The position numbers and the translations under genes are program-made. From Spirochaetota bacterium (lineage in GTDB: Bacteria > Spirochaetota > UBA4802 > UBA5550): 64,000 bases of DNA. Positions 38,646 to 48,852 of this stretch are shown here, piece by piece. The DNA is taken from the NCBI GenBank assembly GCA_963663865.1, contig OY760686.1:2976001-3040000 (forward strand), given 5' to 3'. Below the pieces are notes generated by a model that was given only the letters and a program-made list of their open reading frames with translations, was not told the origin of the DNA and ran no database searches. Position 1 is the first letter of the stretch. Each line of letters begins with the position of its first letter.

Positions 38646-40817
38646 ATGAAAAACAGAGAATACAGAGAAAGAATTAACAGAGTAATTAACCATATACAGG
38701 ACAATCTCGATACTCCGCTTGTCACAGAAGACCTGGCAAAAATCGCTTTCCTGTCGAGATCCCATTTCAAAAAAGTCTTCAAACAGATCACCGGCGAAAA
38801 CATAAGCGACTACGTAAAGCGTTCACGCCTCGAAAAGGCTCAGTTTCTGCTGCTGCATAACCAGAACAGAGCAATTACCGATATAGCCCTTGAAACAGGT
38901 TTCTCATCGTCGGCTACCTTCGCGCGTGTTTTCAAGCAGTACTTTGGAATAAGCGCCTCTGATTTCCGGAAGAGCAATGAAAACGGCTCTCTTTTGAAAT
39001 TCGGCACACCCTTTCTGAGAAATTACATTCCTGATCAATATCAGGGATATGACTCCGTCGTCAGCATAGCGGATGACGGGAATGGAACTTATTACTTCGG
39101 CTCACACCATGGAGAAATCTATATTTACCAAAATGAAAAATTCAGCAAGATAAAGTTCAATGGACTTTCGACCATTTATTCGCTTTGCTATGACAGCTCC
39201 GGAAATCTCTGGGCAGGAAGCGTTGATGACTTTGGACGTGTTGAAAAAAACTGTTATGGATACAAGTTCATTTCAATGAAGACTTATCTAAAAGAAGATG
39301 ATTGTAATTTCGGCCATATCTGGAGGATTGTAGACTCCTGCAGCGGCATATATTTTCAGGCATGGTCGGTTATTTTTCGCTGGCATCAAAATCAATTTAC
39401 CGTGATCAGAACTTCGACATCATTCGGTTCTCTTACCTTCATAAACAATAAGCTGTACAGCCTTGAGTATAAAAACGGCATTGTTTCGATTAGCGGCAGC
39501 GAAGTTCACCGGGAAAGCGGTTCCGATCAGATCAACAGCGAACACATCGCCGTAACATCCTTCCTGCCATATGATGATGAGAATATTTTCTGTGCCACAA
39601 GAAACCTGGGATTCTGGCTTTATGACGGACACAAATTCACCCGTTTTACAACCGAAGTTGACCACCTTCTTGAAGAAGCCGGTGTTCTCAGGGCTGTATA
39701 CATACCACGCCTCGGTTATGCAGTAGGGACCTGTACTATGGGAATAATAATAATAGACAAATCTGGTAAGCTTTTCTCAATTATCAACAGCAGACACGGA
39801 TTCTCGGACAACTATATCCGCTCGATACATTATTCTAAAGACGGAATGCTGCTCGTGGGAATGATGTACGGCATTGCCATGCTGATGGCCGGCCTTCCCG
39901 TCCTCATTTACAATGAGAACACCGGCGTTAAAAACATGATATCATCAATCATCCGGTTCAGAGGAAGCCTGTATCTCGCTACACAGTTCGGAATACGGAG
40001 AGAAAAGCATCGTATCCAAATCGGCGAAGAGATATTCCAACGAATGCCCGATATTCTTTCACAGACTCACTATCTCCTTGAAAGCAATGAATCCCTCTGC
40101 ATAGCCTACGCTTTCGGCCTTTACATCATAAGAGAAAACGGAAATCAGGATTTCAATTTCAACTCGACCATAAGATGGCTTTGTCAGTCAAATATTAAAC
40201 CTGACACCATCTACGGTTCATCAAACGGAATCATTTTCAGTTTCCACTACATGTCCGGACAATGGTATAAAGGTGAAACAATTGACGGACTCAAGGGGAT
40301 TTTAGGCGATATCGTCGAAGATGACTCCGGCAGACTTTTTGTAAAGAGCTCACAGGGAATTGTTTACAGAATAGCCATAAAAGACAAATGCGTTGATGAA
40401 ATAATCGAATTTGGATATGAACAGGGCGTTCCGTCTACCACTTCCGGCATATATAAAGTCAGGGGAAGTGTTTATCTCGCTACCGATGAAGGCATATTTC
40501 ACTACGATGAATCCCGGAACTGCTTCAATCAGGACTGTTCCCTTGGCAGGCTTTTTGACAACTCGATTATTCACGAAATAGTCGAGGACGGCGACCATGT
40601 CTGGGTGATAGAAGGGCGGTCCAGAAATGTATATCGTATAAACCCGGACTCACAGAAAAAATCCTCGATGAAACCGGTTTTGAGCAGCCCCGGACTCAGG
40701 GCAAAAACAGTATACCCGGAAGAAAACGGAGTAGTCTGGATTGGATGTTACAATCAGCTTATTCGTTTCAGCATGAAAGAACAGGAAAAGTTCAGCATCT
40801 CAATGAGAAGCTGCTGA
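38646..40817 (+). CDS. AraC (Rob/MarA-type) HTH fused to sensor-type beta-propeller repeats
   Basis: N-terminal INRVINHI...SHFKKVFK...IALETGFSSSATFARVFKQYFG; C-terminal DxxGxLWxG-like blades. Confidence 0.8.
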   Translation: MKNREYRERINRVINHIQDNLDTPLVTEDLAKIAFLSRSHFKKVFKQITGENISDYVKRSRLEKAQFLLLHNQNRAITDIALETGFSSSATFARVFKQYFGISASDFRKSNENGSLLKFGTPFLRNYIPDQYQGYDSVVSIADDGNGTYYFGSHHGEIYIYQNEKFSKIKFNGLSTIYSLCYDSSGNLWAGSVDDFGRVEKNCYGYKFISMKTYLKEDDCNFGHIWRIVDSCSGIYFQAWSVIFRWHQNQFTVIRTSTSFGSLTFINNKLYSLEYKNGIVSISGSEVHRESGSDQINSEHIAVTSFLPYDDENIFCATRNLGFWLYDGHKFTRFTTEVDHLLEEAGVLRAVYIPRLGYAVGTCTMGIIIIDKSGKLFSIINSRHGFSDNYIRSIHYSKDGMLLVGMMYGIAMLMAGLPVLIYNENTGVKNMISSIIRFRGSLYLATQFGIRREKHRIQIGEEIFQRMPDILSQTHYLLESNESLCIAYAFGLYIIRENGNQDFNFNSTIRWLCQSNIKPDTIYGSSNGIIFSFHYMSGQWYKGETIDGLKGILGDIVEDDSGRLFVKSSQGIVYRIAIKDKCVDEIIEFGYEQGVPSTTSGIYKVRGSVYLATDEGIFHYDESRNCFNQDCSLGRLFDNSIIHEIVEDGDHVWVIEGRSRNVYRINPDSQKKSSMKPVLSSPGLRAKTVYPEENGVVWIGCYNQLIRFSMKEQEKFSISMRSC

Positions 40818-40909
40818 TACACGGCCTTTCGGCAAACCTGTTTACAGCTTATGCTTCAAACTTTGTTATTGCCGGCAGAGCCTTTCCGTCTTGACATTAA
40901 ACCTGCCCA

Positions 40910-40943
40910 TATATTATTGACTACCATGGTAGTCAATAATATA
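40910..40943. promoter_or_regulatory. Perfect 34-bp palindrome, probable TrmB operator over the start codon
   Basis: TATATTATTGACTACCA|TGGTAGTCAATAATATA; TTGACA at 40891. Confidence 0.7.
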
Positions 40944-41738
40944 ACATCAATGCTCTCCGAGCTCGGCTTTTCCGATTATGAAGGGGCCGCCTACACCGCG
41001 CTTCTGACTAAACATCCGTCAACAGCCTATGAAACCGCAAAAGAAGCGGGCATTCCGACTTCAAAAATATACGGGGCTCTTGACCGCCTGGCGTCAAAAG
41101 GCGCTGTCTCTGTCAGTGTAGAAAACGGCAAAAAGCTGTTCATACCCAGAAAGGCTTCTGAGCTTATCGCGGAAAAGCGGCAAAATATAAACTGCACCCT
41201 GGACCTTCTGGAGGATGAGCTCTCAAAGATCAAGGCGCCGTCCGAAACCGCCCAGATGTGGGTTATCAGAGACAGAGCAGCGCTTATGGACAAAGCGGGT
41301 TCAATGATTTCGGCATCGTCAAAGTCCGTTCTCCTGTCCGCATGGGACAATGAGCTGACAGCGCTTTCTACTCAGCTTTTGGAATGCCGATCAAGAAAAG
41401 TCCGCCTGTCGACTGTTCACTTCGGAGATACCGCTGTTGAAGCCGGCCAGATGTTCAGCCATCCTATAAGCGACACAATCCACAATGAGAAGGGAGGAAG
41501 GGGCTTTACCCTTGTCCGCGACTCCAGTGAAGCCCTTGTGGCAACGATTTCTGAGGATGGAACTGCCGAAGGTCTCTGGAGCGGCAACTCCGGCTTTGTC
41601 ACTCTCGCTGAAGACTACATTAAACACGACATATACATCATGAAAATAGTAAGACGCTTTGACGCTATGCTGGAATCGAAGTTCGGTAAAAAATACAAAT
41701 TGCTGCGGAATGTTTTCGCGGACCAGGAGGTAAAATGA
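40926..41738 (+). CDS. TrmB-family transcriptional regulator
   Basis: LGFSDYE..AYTALL and GIPTSKIYGALDRL wHTH; PLD-like effector domain (LVRDSSEAL); start ATG 40926 or 40950. Confidence 0.85.
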   Translation: MVVNNITSMLSELGFSDYEGAAYTALLTKHPSTAYETAKEAGIPTSKIYGALDRLASKGAVSVSVENGKKLFIPRKASELIAEKRQNINCTLDLLEDELSKIKAPSETAQMWVIRDRAALMDKAGSMISASSKSVLLSAWDNELTALSTQLLECRSRKVRLSTVHFGDTAVEAGQMFSHPISDTIHNEKGGRGFTLVRDSSEALVATISEDGTAEGLWSGNSGFVTLAEDYIKHDIYIMKIVRRFDAMLESKFGKKYKLLRNVFADQEVK

Positions 41739-42586
41739 AAATCTACATTGACGGCAAGTACTATGAAAGGGATGAGGCAAAAATCTCTGTCTTTGATCAT
41801 GGACTTTTATACGGCGACGGAGTTTTTGAAGGAATCCGTGTTTACTCGGGTAAGATATTCAAACTGAAAGAACATGTGGAAAGGCTTTTTGAAAGCGCTA
41901 AAGCCCTCATGCTCGACATCGCCATGACCAGGGCGGAGATGAGCTCCGCCGTTGATGAGGCCGTCAGGATGAACGCCCTGAATGACGGATACGTCCGCCT
42001 GGTGGTAACCCGCGGAAAGGGCGATCTGGGCTTAAACCCATTTCTATGTCCAAAAAGCACTGTTATAATTATCGCGGACACGATTCAGCTCTATCCGAAG
42101 GAGTACTACAGCGCAGGAATTTCAATTATAACGTCCTCTCTGAGGCGCACACCCGCTGACTCCCTTGACCCGAGGATCAAGTCGCTTAACTACCTCAACA
42201 GCATTCAGGCGAAGATCGAAGCTGTTAATGCCGGATGCCTTGAAGCGGTCATGCTTAACCGCGAAGGACTTGTTACCGAATGTACCGGTGACAATATCTT
42301 CATCTTCCGGAAGGGAATACTCACAAGCCCGTCTTCCGTGTTCGGGTCTCTTGACGGCATTACGAGGCAGACCGTTCTCGAACTTGCGGCAAAAGCGGAC
42401 ATCCCCTGTGGAGAAAGCGCCATTACACTCTTTGACCTGTACAACTCGGAGGAATGCTTTCTGACCGGATCGGGCGCAGAGCTGATACCTGTAACGAAGA
42501 TTGACGGGCGTACAATTTGCGACGGGAAGCCCGGCCCTGTCTTCAGGAGGCTTTCAGAGTTATTCTCTGAGGCCGTAAGAGCATAA
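41735..42586 (+). CDS. ilvE: Branched-chain amino acid aminotransferase (class IV)
   Basis: DHGLLYGDGVFEG, KSLNYL, ECTGDN, LDGITR and FLTG motifs; ATGA-coupled to trmB. Confidence 0.9.
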   Translation: MKIYIDGKYYERDEAKISVFDHGLLYGDGVFEGIRVYSGKIFKLKEHVERLFESAKALMLDIAMTRAEMSSAVDEAVRMNALNDGYVRLVVTRGKGDLGLNPFLCPKSTVIIIADTIQLYPKEYYSAGISIITSSLRRTPADSLDPRIKSLNYLNSIQAKIEAVNAGCLEAVMLNREGLVTECTGDNIFIFRKGILTSPSSVFGSLDGITRQTVLELAAKADIPCGESAITLFDLYNSEECFLTGSGAELIPVTKIDGRTICDGKPGPVFRRLSELFSEAVRA

Positions 42587-42731
42587 AAGGAAGGGGCTTC
42601 CCCGCCAGGGTCAGCCCCGAAATAAATAAAACACTATTTTAGACAAGCGCCCCGTATTTGACTGATCAAAACGAGACAGTCTTAAAAATTTACGCCGCTT
42701 GAGAGCAAGTCTCAGTCAACAACTTTTCTTA

Positions 42732-44567
42732 TTATGGAAGATTGTACCCATTATCGCTTATTGAGCTGTCATCTGCCGGAAGCGTATAGGTAACGGACTC
42801 AATCGAAATCGAGCCATCGGCTTCCCTGCTGAACTGACACAGAAAGTCCCACGCGGCCCAGCTGTTGCGCGCGTAAACCTCGTGGCTCTGGTTTGAGGCG
42901 CTGGCAAGTGCCGTGTAGTAATTCCCGTCACTGCTCTCGAACAGAAGCACTGTAAGCGTGCTGTCTGTAAATGCCGCATGGTCTGTAACCTGATACACGA
43001 TATCTCCTGGCGCTGCCCATATCTCGTTGTCCCAGACTGTCTGATCTTCGAAGGTATAGCTATAGGGATTAACCACTCCGTTGACCGTGAACACAGTTTT
43101 CACCCTGTCGAATACATCTGCCGACTGTTTGGGCATTTCAGCAAGCGGAGAGGTTTCGCCGGCCACAAAAAATACAGGGAGCAGAGTATCAGAATTCGGG
43201 TTCTCTACAGTGTTACTCCAGCTGTCCGTTCCCGGAGCGAAAGAAGCATCCTGCGGAGAAACGGCGGCAAATACTTCCGGGAACTGCTCATAGATGTCCC
43301 AGCTTTTTGCTCCGCCCATTGAAAACCCTGAAGCGTATATCTTCTTCTCGTTGATTGAGTACTCTGTTTTGAGATGCTCTATAAGCTGGACAATTTCTCC
43401 AGCTGAGCAGTCCGGGTGATGATGATCAACACTGACAGCAATAAAACCATGCTCTTTCGCTATCAGAGGCCACTCGGAAGCCTGGGCCTCATAGAGAGCG
43501 GTATTGCCTCCGCCATGGAAACAGAATACAAGCGGAACATTGCCCGCTTCAATGTCGAGGTCGTCAGCATAATAGACAATGTAATTGACGGGATGCGTTT
43601 CAGTGCCTGCATATGTTTCACTGCCATTGTCATCTGTCGTGTTGACCGTAGCAGCGCCTATCTCTTCCACAATGCCCAGAGCTGCATAGTCATGCACCGG
43701 CAGGAGAACCCCGTTCTGTCTTCTATTATTGCCTATTACCGTCTCGAACTCTGCAGCATAATCAGCCTCATCCTTTATCAGCACTGATCCGCAGCTTGCC
43801 TGCAAGGCTGTGTTGACAGCGCTGCTGTTGCCTATTGAGACAACCGGCATATCATTTGCTTCAAAGGACTCTGCCACACCGTCATTGGAAATGCCCTCAA
43901 GAGTAAGTCCTGTTGGAGTCAGTGTAGTTGTCATTCCCCAGGGAGTCTGCCCTGTTATCGGCTTTACGTAATGTGAAGCGGCGAAATCTGCTCCGGCGCC
44001 TGCAGCATAGACATACAGCCTCTGCTGAGTGCCTGAAATACCCCTTTCCTCAGCCTGGGTCATAAAGTTTATTGAGACAGCTATACCGTCCTCGACAGCC
44101 GCTGTCGAGCTGTCACTCACCTTCTGAGCTACTGCTGCGTAGGCGCCTTCGTCCTCTGCCGTCCATGTTTCTCCGTTGGACGGTTTAACAAAGACAACCG
44201 AAGAACCATTCTCAGCTGCAATTTCTGCCAGGCCGCTTTCATTGGCATATTCGACTGCCTCTGAATCGGAAAGTGCTCCGTCTCCAAAGACAATAATTGC
44301 CGGAGCTGTACATGTTGTCTTCACGCCAAGTTCGTCGGCCTCGTTAGGTTCAGGGTAATAGACCAGCACCGTGTAATCACCTGCCACAAGCTGCGAGACA
44401 GTTGAGCCATAAGCTGGAACATACGGGTTATCATCATCGTCATCGCCAACGGGCGGTTTAACACTTCCATTGTCGCTGCTCTCCGAATCATCGCCGCATG
44501 CTGTAAAAAGAAAAAGCGAGGCTGCCGCGATTAGCGCCAGCATAAGGTGGAAAAATTTACTTCTCAT
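42732..44567 (-). CDS. Lipoprotein alpha/beta hydrolase (PHB-depolymerase/LpqC-like esterase)
   Basis: Lipobox FTAC; PLVFCFHGGG, GFSMGG nucleophile elbow, C-terminal His (QSHEV). Confidence 0.75.
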   Translation of the reverse strand: MRSKFFHLMLALIAAASLFLFTACGDDSESSDNGSVKPPVGDDDDDNPYVPAYGSTVSQLVAGDYTVLVYYPEPNEADELGVKTTCTAPAIIVFGDGALSDSEAVEYANESGLAEIAAENGSSVVFVKPSNGETWTAEDEGAYAAVAQKVSDSSTAAVEDGIAVSINFMTQAEERGISGTQQRLYVYAAGAGADFAASHYVKPITGQTPWGMTTTLTPTGLTLEGISNDGVAESFEANDMPVVSIGNSSAVNTALQASCGSVLIKDEADYAAEFETVIGNNRRQNGVLLPVHDYAALGIVEEIGAATVNTTDDNGSETYAGTETHPVNYIVYYADDLDIEAGNVPLVFCFHGGGNTALYEAQASEWPLIAKEHGFIAVSVDHHHPDCSAGEIVQLIEHLKTEYSINEKKIYASGFSMGGAKSWDIYEQFPEVFAAVSPQDASFAPGTDSWSNTVENPNSDTLLPVFFVAGETSPLAEMPKQSADVFDRVKTVFTVNGVVNPYSYTFEDQTVWDNEIWAAPGDIVYQVTDHAAFTDSTLTVLLFESSDGNYYTALASASNQSHEVYARNSWAAWDFLCQFSREADGSISIESVTYTLPADDSSISDNGYNLP

Positions 44568-44701
44568 GAACGCGTCCTCCCAAAATAGATTTTGTGGAGG
44601 AATTATAGCTTTTTGATTTTCAAAATCGACAAAGCCTATACGATTTTCCGTATTTTTATTTTTAGCGATATATTAAGAACAGAGCAATTATTCTAACCGG
44701 A

Positions 44702-45832
44702 CTATTTCATGGCACTCTTCCTGAAAGCTGACGGGGTCATTCCAGTGTGTTTTTTAAAGGCCGTGTTGAATGTCTGCTTCGTGTTAAATCCGGACTGCAT
44801 CGCAGCGGTTATCACACTGCAGGAGTCCAGCATCAATAGACGCCTGGCCTCCTCCACCCTGTAGGAATTGACAAAGTCAAAAAACTTCATCCCCGTGTAT
44901 CTGTTAATAGCCTCTGAAAGGTGGTTCCTGGATACCCTGAGTTCTTCCGCAAGATTATCCAGCGTAAGTTCCGGTTCAAGATACGGCTTCTCATCCTCCA
45001 TGTAGGCCCTGAGCCTGTCAAGCATGCGGCCGGCAATGTCCGGAGAAAGCGACGATCTGGAGTACCTCGACTGCTGCGCCCCCCCTTCAGCCTGGATAGC
45101 AGTATACACCTGCGGATTAAACATTATCTTGAAGCTAATCCCGTAAATCAGCACTCCCGATAGAATCATTAAAATGAAAAAATTGAAAGGAAGATTAATT
45201 TGGTTAACAATCGCGATACCAACCAGCAGGTGAAGGGAATAGACAACAAGAAGGATGTTCTTGAAGAAAGACAGCCAGGAGAGGTTTATCTTTTCAATTG
45301 ATGAATACAGATTTTTAATCCTGTCTCTATAATTCCTGATGAGCCTGCTGCTGAAAAACAGATAAATAAACATCTGAGCGTTAAATGACAGCATCACTGT
45401 GTTTATACGGCAATCAATTATCCGGTGAAGATTAAAAAGATAGTCAAGCTTTGCCTCAGCTCCCTGAAAGAACCTCGGGAACAGTACCGCTATTGAAAGC
45501 ACAAACGGAATAAAGTGCAGCAGATAAAACCATCTCTTCCGATACGATTTGCCTGTCATTTTCATACAATAAAAATAAAAAAGCGGGGCAAGAAGAAACA
45601 GTATTGGAATCTCTGTCCATAGCAAATGCGGAACGATGAAAACCAGGTTTGTAAAATCCCTGATTATATTTGTCGTGGAGTAGGTATATGCCAGCACAAA
45701 GAGAGCAAGCAGCATATTGCCTCTGCTTTCCGCGCTCTTGTACTTTAGGATAACGATTCCGAGGAAAAACCCCTGTAGCGATATTATAATCGCGGTAATG
45801 GAAAAGATATTGAAATTTACATCCACAGCCAT
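44702..45832 (-). CDS. Membrane-anchored AraC-family regulator
   Basis: Multiple N-terminal TM helices; KPYLEPELTL, FFDFVNSYR and SGFNTKQTFNTAFKK motifs. Confidence 0.88.
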   Translation of the reverse strand: MAVDVNFNIFSITAIIISLQGFFLGIVILKYKSAESRGNMLLALFVLAYTYSTTNIIRDFTNLVFIVPHLLWTEIPILFLLAPLFYFYCMKMTGKSYRKRWFYLLHFIPFVLSIAVLFPRFFQGAEAKLDYLFNLHRIIDCRINTVMLSFNAQMFIYLFFSSRLIRNYRDRIKNLYSSIEKINLSWLSFFKNILLVVYSLHLLVGIAIVNQINLPFNFFILMILSGVLIYGISFKIMFNPQVYTAIQAEGGAQQSRYSRSSLSPDIAGRMLDRLRAYMEDEKPYLEPELTLDNLAEELRVSRNHLSEAINRYTGMKFFDFVNSYRVEEARRLLMLDSCSVITAAMQSGFNTKQTFNTAFKKHTGMTPSAFRKSAMK

Positions 45833-45992
45833 ATTACTCCTGATTTCAAAGCCAGTTAGCAGCATTCAGTCAATATATTATGCCAATAGGCCATATCGAC
45901 CTGCAAAGTACTTTTTGGATAAGCGGCCATTTTTTATTCAGCTCATTATTCCCCCTTAAAAAAACCTTACTTTTTATGAGAATACTGTACCC

Positions 45993-46021
45993 TTGACTTT
46001 AAGCCATTAGTTATGTAGATT
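45993..46021 (+). promoter_or_regulatory. Candidate sigma70 promoter of clpB
   Basis: TTGACT-17 bp-TAGATT. Confidence 0.45.
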
Positions 46022-46116
46022 AATATATAGATGTTTGTATTGTACCGGGCAGCCCGGCACGAAAAGAGAAAGTAGCGCCGTTCATAAGCGGCGCCGTCAC
46101 ATATGGAGAGACAGTT

Positions 46117-48690
46117 ATGAGAATGGACAAACTCACACTGAAGGCACAGGACGCTTTTGCCTCCGCGCAGGAGGCAGCGACCGTGGGAAATCACGCGGAG
46201 ATTATGCCCGCGCACATGCTCATGGCTTTGATTGAGCAGCAGGACGGAATATTTACTCCGATTGCGCAGAAGATCGGAGCTGACCCTCACGAGCTTAAGG
46301 CCGAGACAGAAGCTCTAATAGCTTCGCTGCCCAGGCAGATCGGCGGCGGGCCGGGCGGCGGTGCCCTTTCGCAATCAATGCGCGGCATTCTGAACGAAGC
46401 ATGGAATGAGGCAGTTAAACTCGGGGACTCATACCTCAGCACCGAGCACCTTGTTATCGCGCTTGCTTCTTCGGGGGGGGATAAGACCCGTCAGATACTG
46501 AATGCCTCGGGTTTTAACAGAGATAACATTCTGAAGGTGCTTAAAGACATCAGAGGCAGCAAGCGAGCCGCAAGCGAGAGCGCCGAAGACAGCTACAACT
46601 CACTTGAAAAATACAGCCGCGACCTTACACGGCTCGCGCGCATGAACAAGCTCGACCCTGTAATCGGCCGCGATGAAGAGATACGTCGCGTGATGCAGGT
46701 CCTGTCTCGCAGAACAAAGAACAATCCTGTCTTGATTGGAGAACCCGGTGTCGGTAAGACCGCCATTGTTGAAGGCCTCGCGCAGCGAATAGTCGAAGGC
46801 GATGTTCCCGAAAACCTTAAGAACAAGCGACTGGCCGGTCTCGACATGGGCGCCCTTATCGCTGGCGCTAAGTACCGGGGCGAGTTCGAAGAGAGACTCA
46901 AGTCAGTCGTTCAGGAAATCGAAGAGTCGAACGGCGAGATCATCCTGTTTATCGATGAGCTCCACACGCTTGTCGGAGCCGGGGCTTCCGAGGGCGGCAC
47001 TGACGCCTCCAACCTGCTAAAGCCCGCTCTCGCAAGAGGAGACATGAGGACAATCGGAGCCACCACGCTCAATGAGTACCAGAAGTACATTGAGAAGGAC
47101 AAGGCCCTTGAACGTCGCTTTCAGCCGGTATTCGCCAAAGAGCCTACCGTTGACGACACCATTGCCATTCTCCGCGGGCTCAAAGAGAAGTATGAGATTC
47201 ACCACGGTGTCAGAATCTCCGACTCGGCTGTTGTCGCGGCGGCAGTACTTTCAAACAGGTATATTACCGACCGTTTTCTTCCTGACAAGGCGGTAGACCT
47301 GATAGATGAATCAGCTTCGCTGATAAAGATGTCTATCGACTCAATGCCTATTGAGATAGACGAAATTGAAAGACGGATTCGTCAGCTCACGATTGAAAAG
47401 CAGGCGCTGAAAAAGGAAAAGGACAAGCCATCAAAGGAAAGACTTTCGAAAATCGAAGAGGAGCTTGCCAATCTGACTGAACAGAAATCAGCGCTTGTGG
47501 CCCAGTGGAACCGGGAGAAGGAGATGATTACCGGAATAAGCACCCTTAAAGCCGAGATAGACCACCTCAGACAGGAGGAGCAGCGGGCTGAACGCGAGGG
47601 CAACCTCAACCGTGTTGCTGAAATCCGCTACGGAAAAATAGTGGAACTCGAGAAACAGATCTCCGAGCTCAACGAAAAAATTCGCAAATCGGAGGGCCCC
47701 ACCCTTCTGAAGGAAGAGGTGACCGAACAGGAGATCGCCGCCGTTGTATCAAGATGGACGGGCATACCCGTAAACCGCATGCTTGAAGGAGAGAGAGACA
47801 AGCTGCTCAAAATGGAAGACATACTCAAAACGAGGGTTGTCGGCCAGGAGCAGGCCATCTCCGCCATATCGGACTCGGTGCGCCGTTCACGCTCAGGCAT
47901 TCAGGACCCCAACCGGCCCATGGGAACATTCATCTTTTTAGGCCCGACAGGAGTCGGCAAAACCGAGACAGCCAAGGCTGTCGCTGAATTTCTTTTCAAC
48001 GACGAACACGCCATGGTCAGAATCGACATGTCCGAGTACATGGAGAAGCATGCCGTCTCCAGGCTGATCGGGGCACCTCCCGGATACGTGGGCTACGACG
48101 AGGGCGGACAGCTGACAGAGGCCGTAAGGAGAAGGCCCTACTCGGTCATACTCTTCGATGAGATTGAGAAAGCACATCCTGACGTATTTAACATATTCCT
48201 TCAGATTCTTGATGAAGGACGGCTAACTGATTCAAAGGGCCGCAGGGTCGACTTCAGAAACACGCTGATTATTATGACTTCAAACCTGGGAACATCGTAC
48301 ATCAGCGACACCTCAATTCCTATGAAGGACAGGGAAAGAGGCGTAGAGGCCGAGCTGAAGGCGAACTTTAAGCCTGAATTCCTCAACCGCGTTGACGAGA
48401 CGATTATTTTCAATCCGCTTTCGAAGGAGCATATCGGAGGCATTGTAAAGCTGCAGCTCCGCGAGGTCGCGAAACGGCTCAGGGAAAGAGGAATCACCCT
48501 GGAGCTCTCCACAAGGGCCGTAGAGTTTCTGGTCGATGAGGGCTACGATCCGCAGTTCGGAGCAAGGCCGCTCAAGCGGGCAATTCAGAGACACCTTCTG
48601 AATCCTCTCTCAGTCAAGCTCCTCTCCGGCGAGATAGCTGATGAACAGAAGATAAAAGTGGACTTTGACGGTACTGGCTTAAAGTTCTGA
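46117..48690 (+). CDS. clpB: ATP-dependent chaperone ClpB
   Basis: Two AAA+ modules ([16 protein letters not shown]), long coiled-coil M domain, GARPL. Confidence 0.97.
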   Translation: MRMDKLTLKAQDAFASAQEAATVGNHAEIMPAHMLMALIEQQDGIFTPIAQKIGADPHELKAETEALIASLPRQIGGGPGGGALSQSMRGILNEAWNEAVKLGDSYLSTEHLVIALASSGGDKTRQILNASGFNRDNILKVLKDIRGSKRAASESAEDSYNSLEKYSRDLTRLARMNKLDPVIGRDEEIRRVMQVLSRRTKNNPVLIGEPGVGKTAIVEGLAQRIVEGDVPENLKNKRLAGLDMGALIAGAKYRGEFEERLKSVVQEIEESNGEIILFIDELHTLVGAGASEGGTDASNLLKPALARGDMRTIGATTLNEYQKYIEKDKALERRFQPVFAKEPTVDDTIAILRGLKEKYEIHHGVRISDSAVVAAAVLSNRYITDRFLPDKAVDLIDESASLIKMSIDSMPIEIDEIERRIRQLTIEKQALKKEKDKPSKERLSKIEEELANLTEQKSALVAQWNREKEMITGISTLKAEIDHLRQEEQRAEREGNLNRVAEIRYGKIVELEKQISELNEKIRKSEGPTLLKEEVTEQEIAAVVSRWTGIPVNRMLEGERDKLLKMEDILKTRVVGQEQAISAISDSVRRSRSGIQDPNRPMGTFIFLGPTGVGKTETAKAVAEFLFNDEHAMVRIDMSEYMEKHAVSRLIGAPPGYVGYDEGGQLTEAVRRRPYSVILFDEIEKAHPDVFNIFLQILDEGRLTDSKGRRVDFRNTLIIMTSNLGTSYISDTSIPMKDRERGVEAELKANFKPEFLNRVDETIIFNPLSKEHIGGIVKLQLREVAKRLRERGITLELSTRAVEFLVDEGYDPQFGARPLKRAIQRHLLNPLSVKLLSGEIADEQKIKVDFDGTGLKF

Positions 48691-48697
48691 AAGACTC

Positions 48698-48733
48698 CCT
48701 GCCGCCGGACCGATTGAAAGGCTCGGCGGCAGG
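48698..48733 (+). terminator. Probable terminator after clpB
   Basis: CCTGCCGCCG...CGGCGGCAGG, 10-bp stem. Confidence 0.5.
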
Positions 48734-48852
48734 TTAAAATATCCCCCCTTTTATATTTTTTTCTTGTCAACTAACTCAAATTAGTATATATATTGACGCT
48801 TCACTGCATTTTAAATATATTCAACAGTTAAGATAACAACGGAGGACGACTT

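Noticed and set aside
40820-40890. c-di-GMP-I riboswitch suggested by GGCAAAC
   Set aside because: The GAAA-loop P2 stem and downstream GCAAAG elements are missing.
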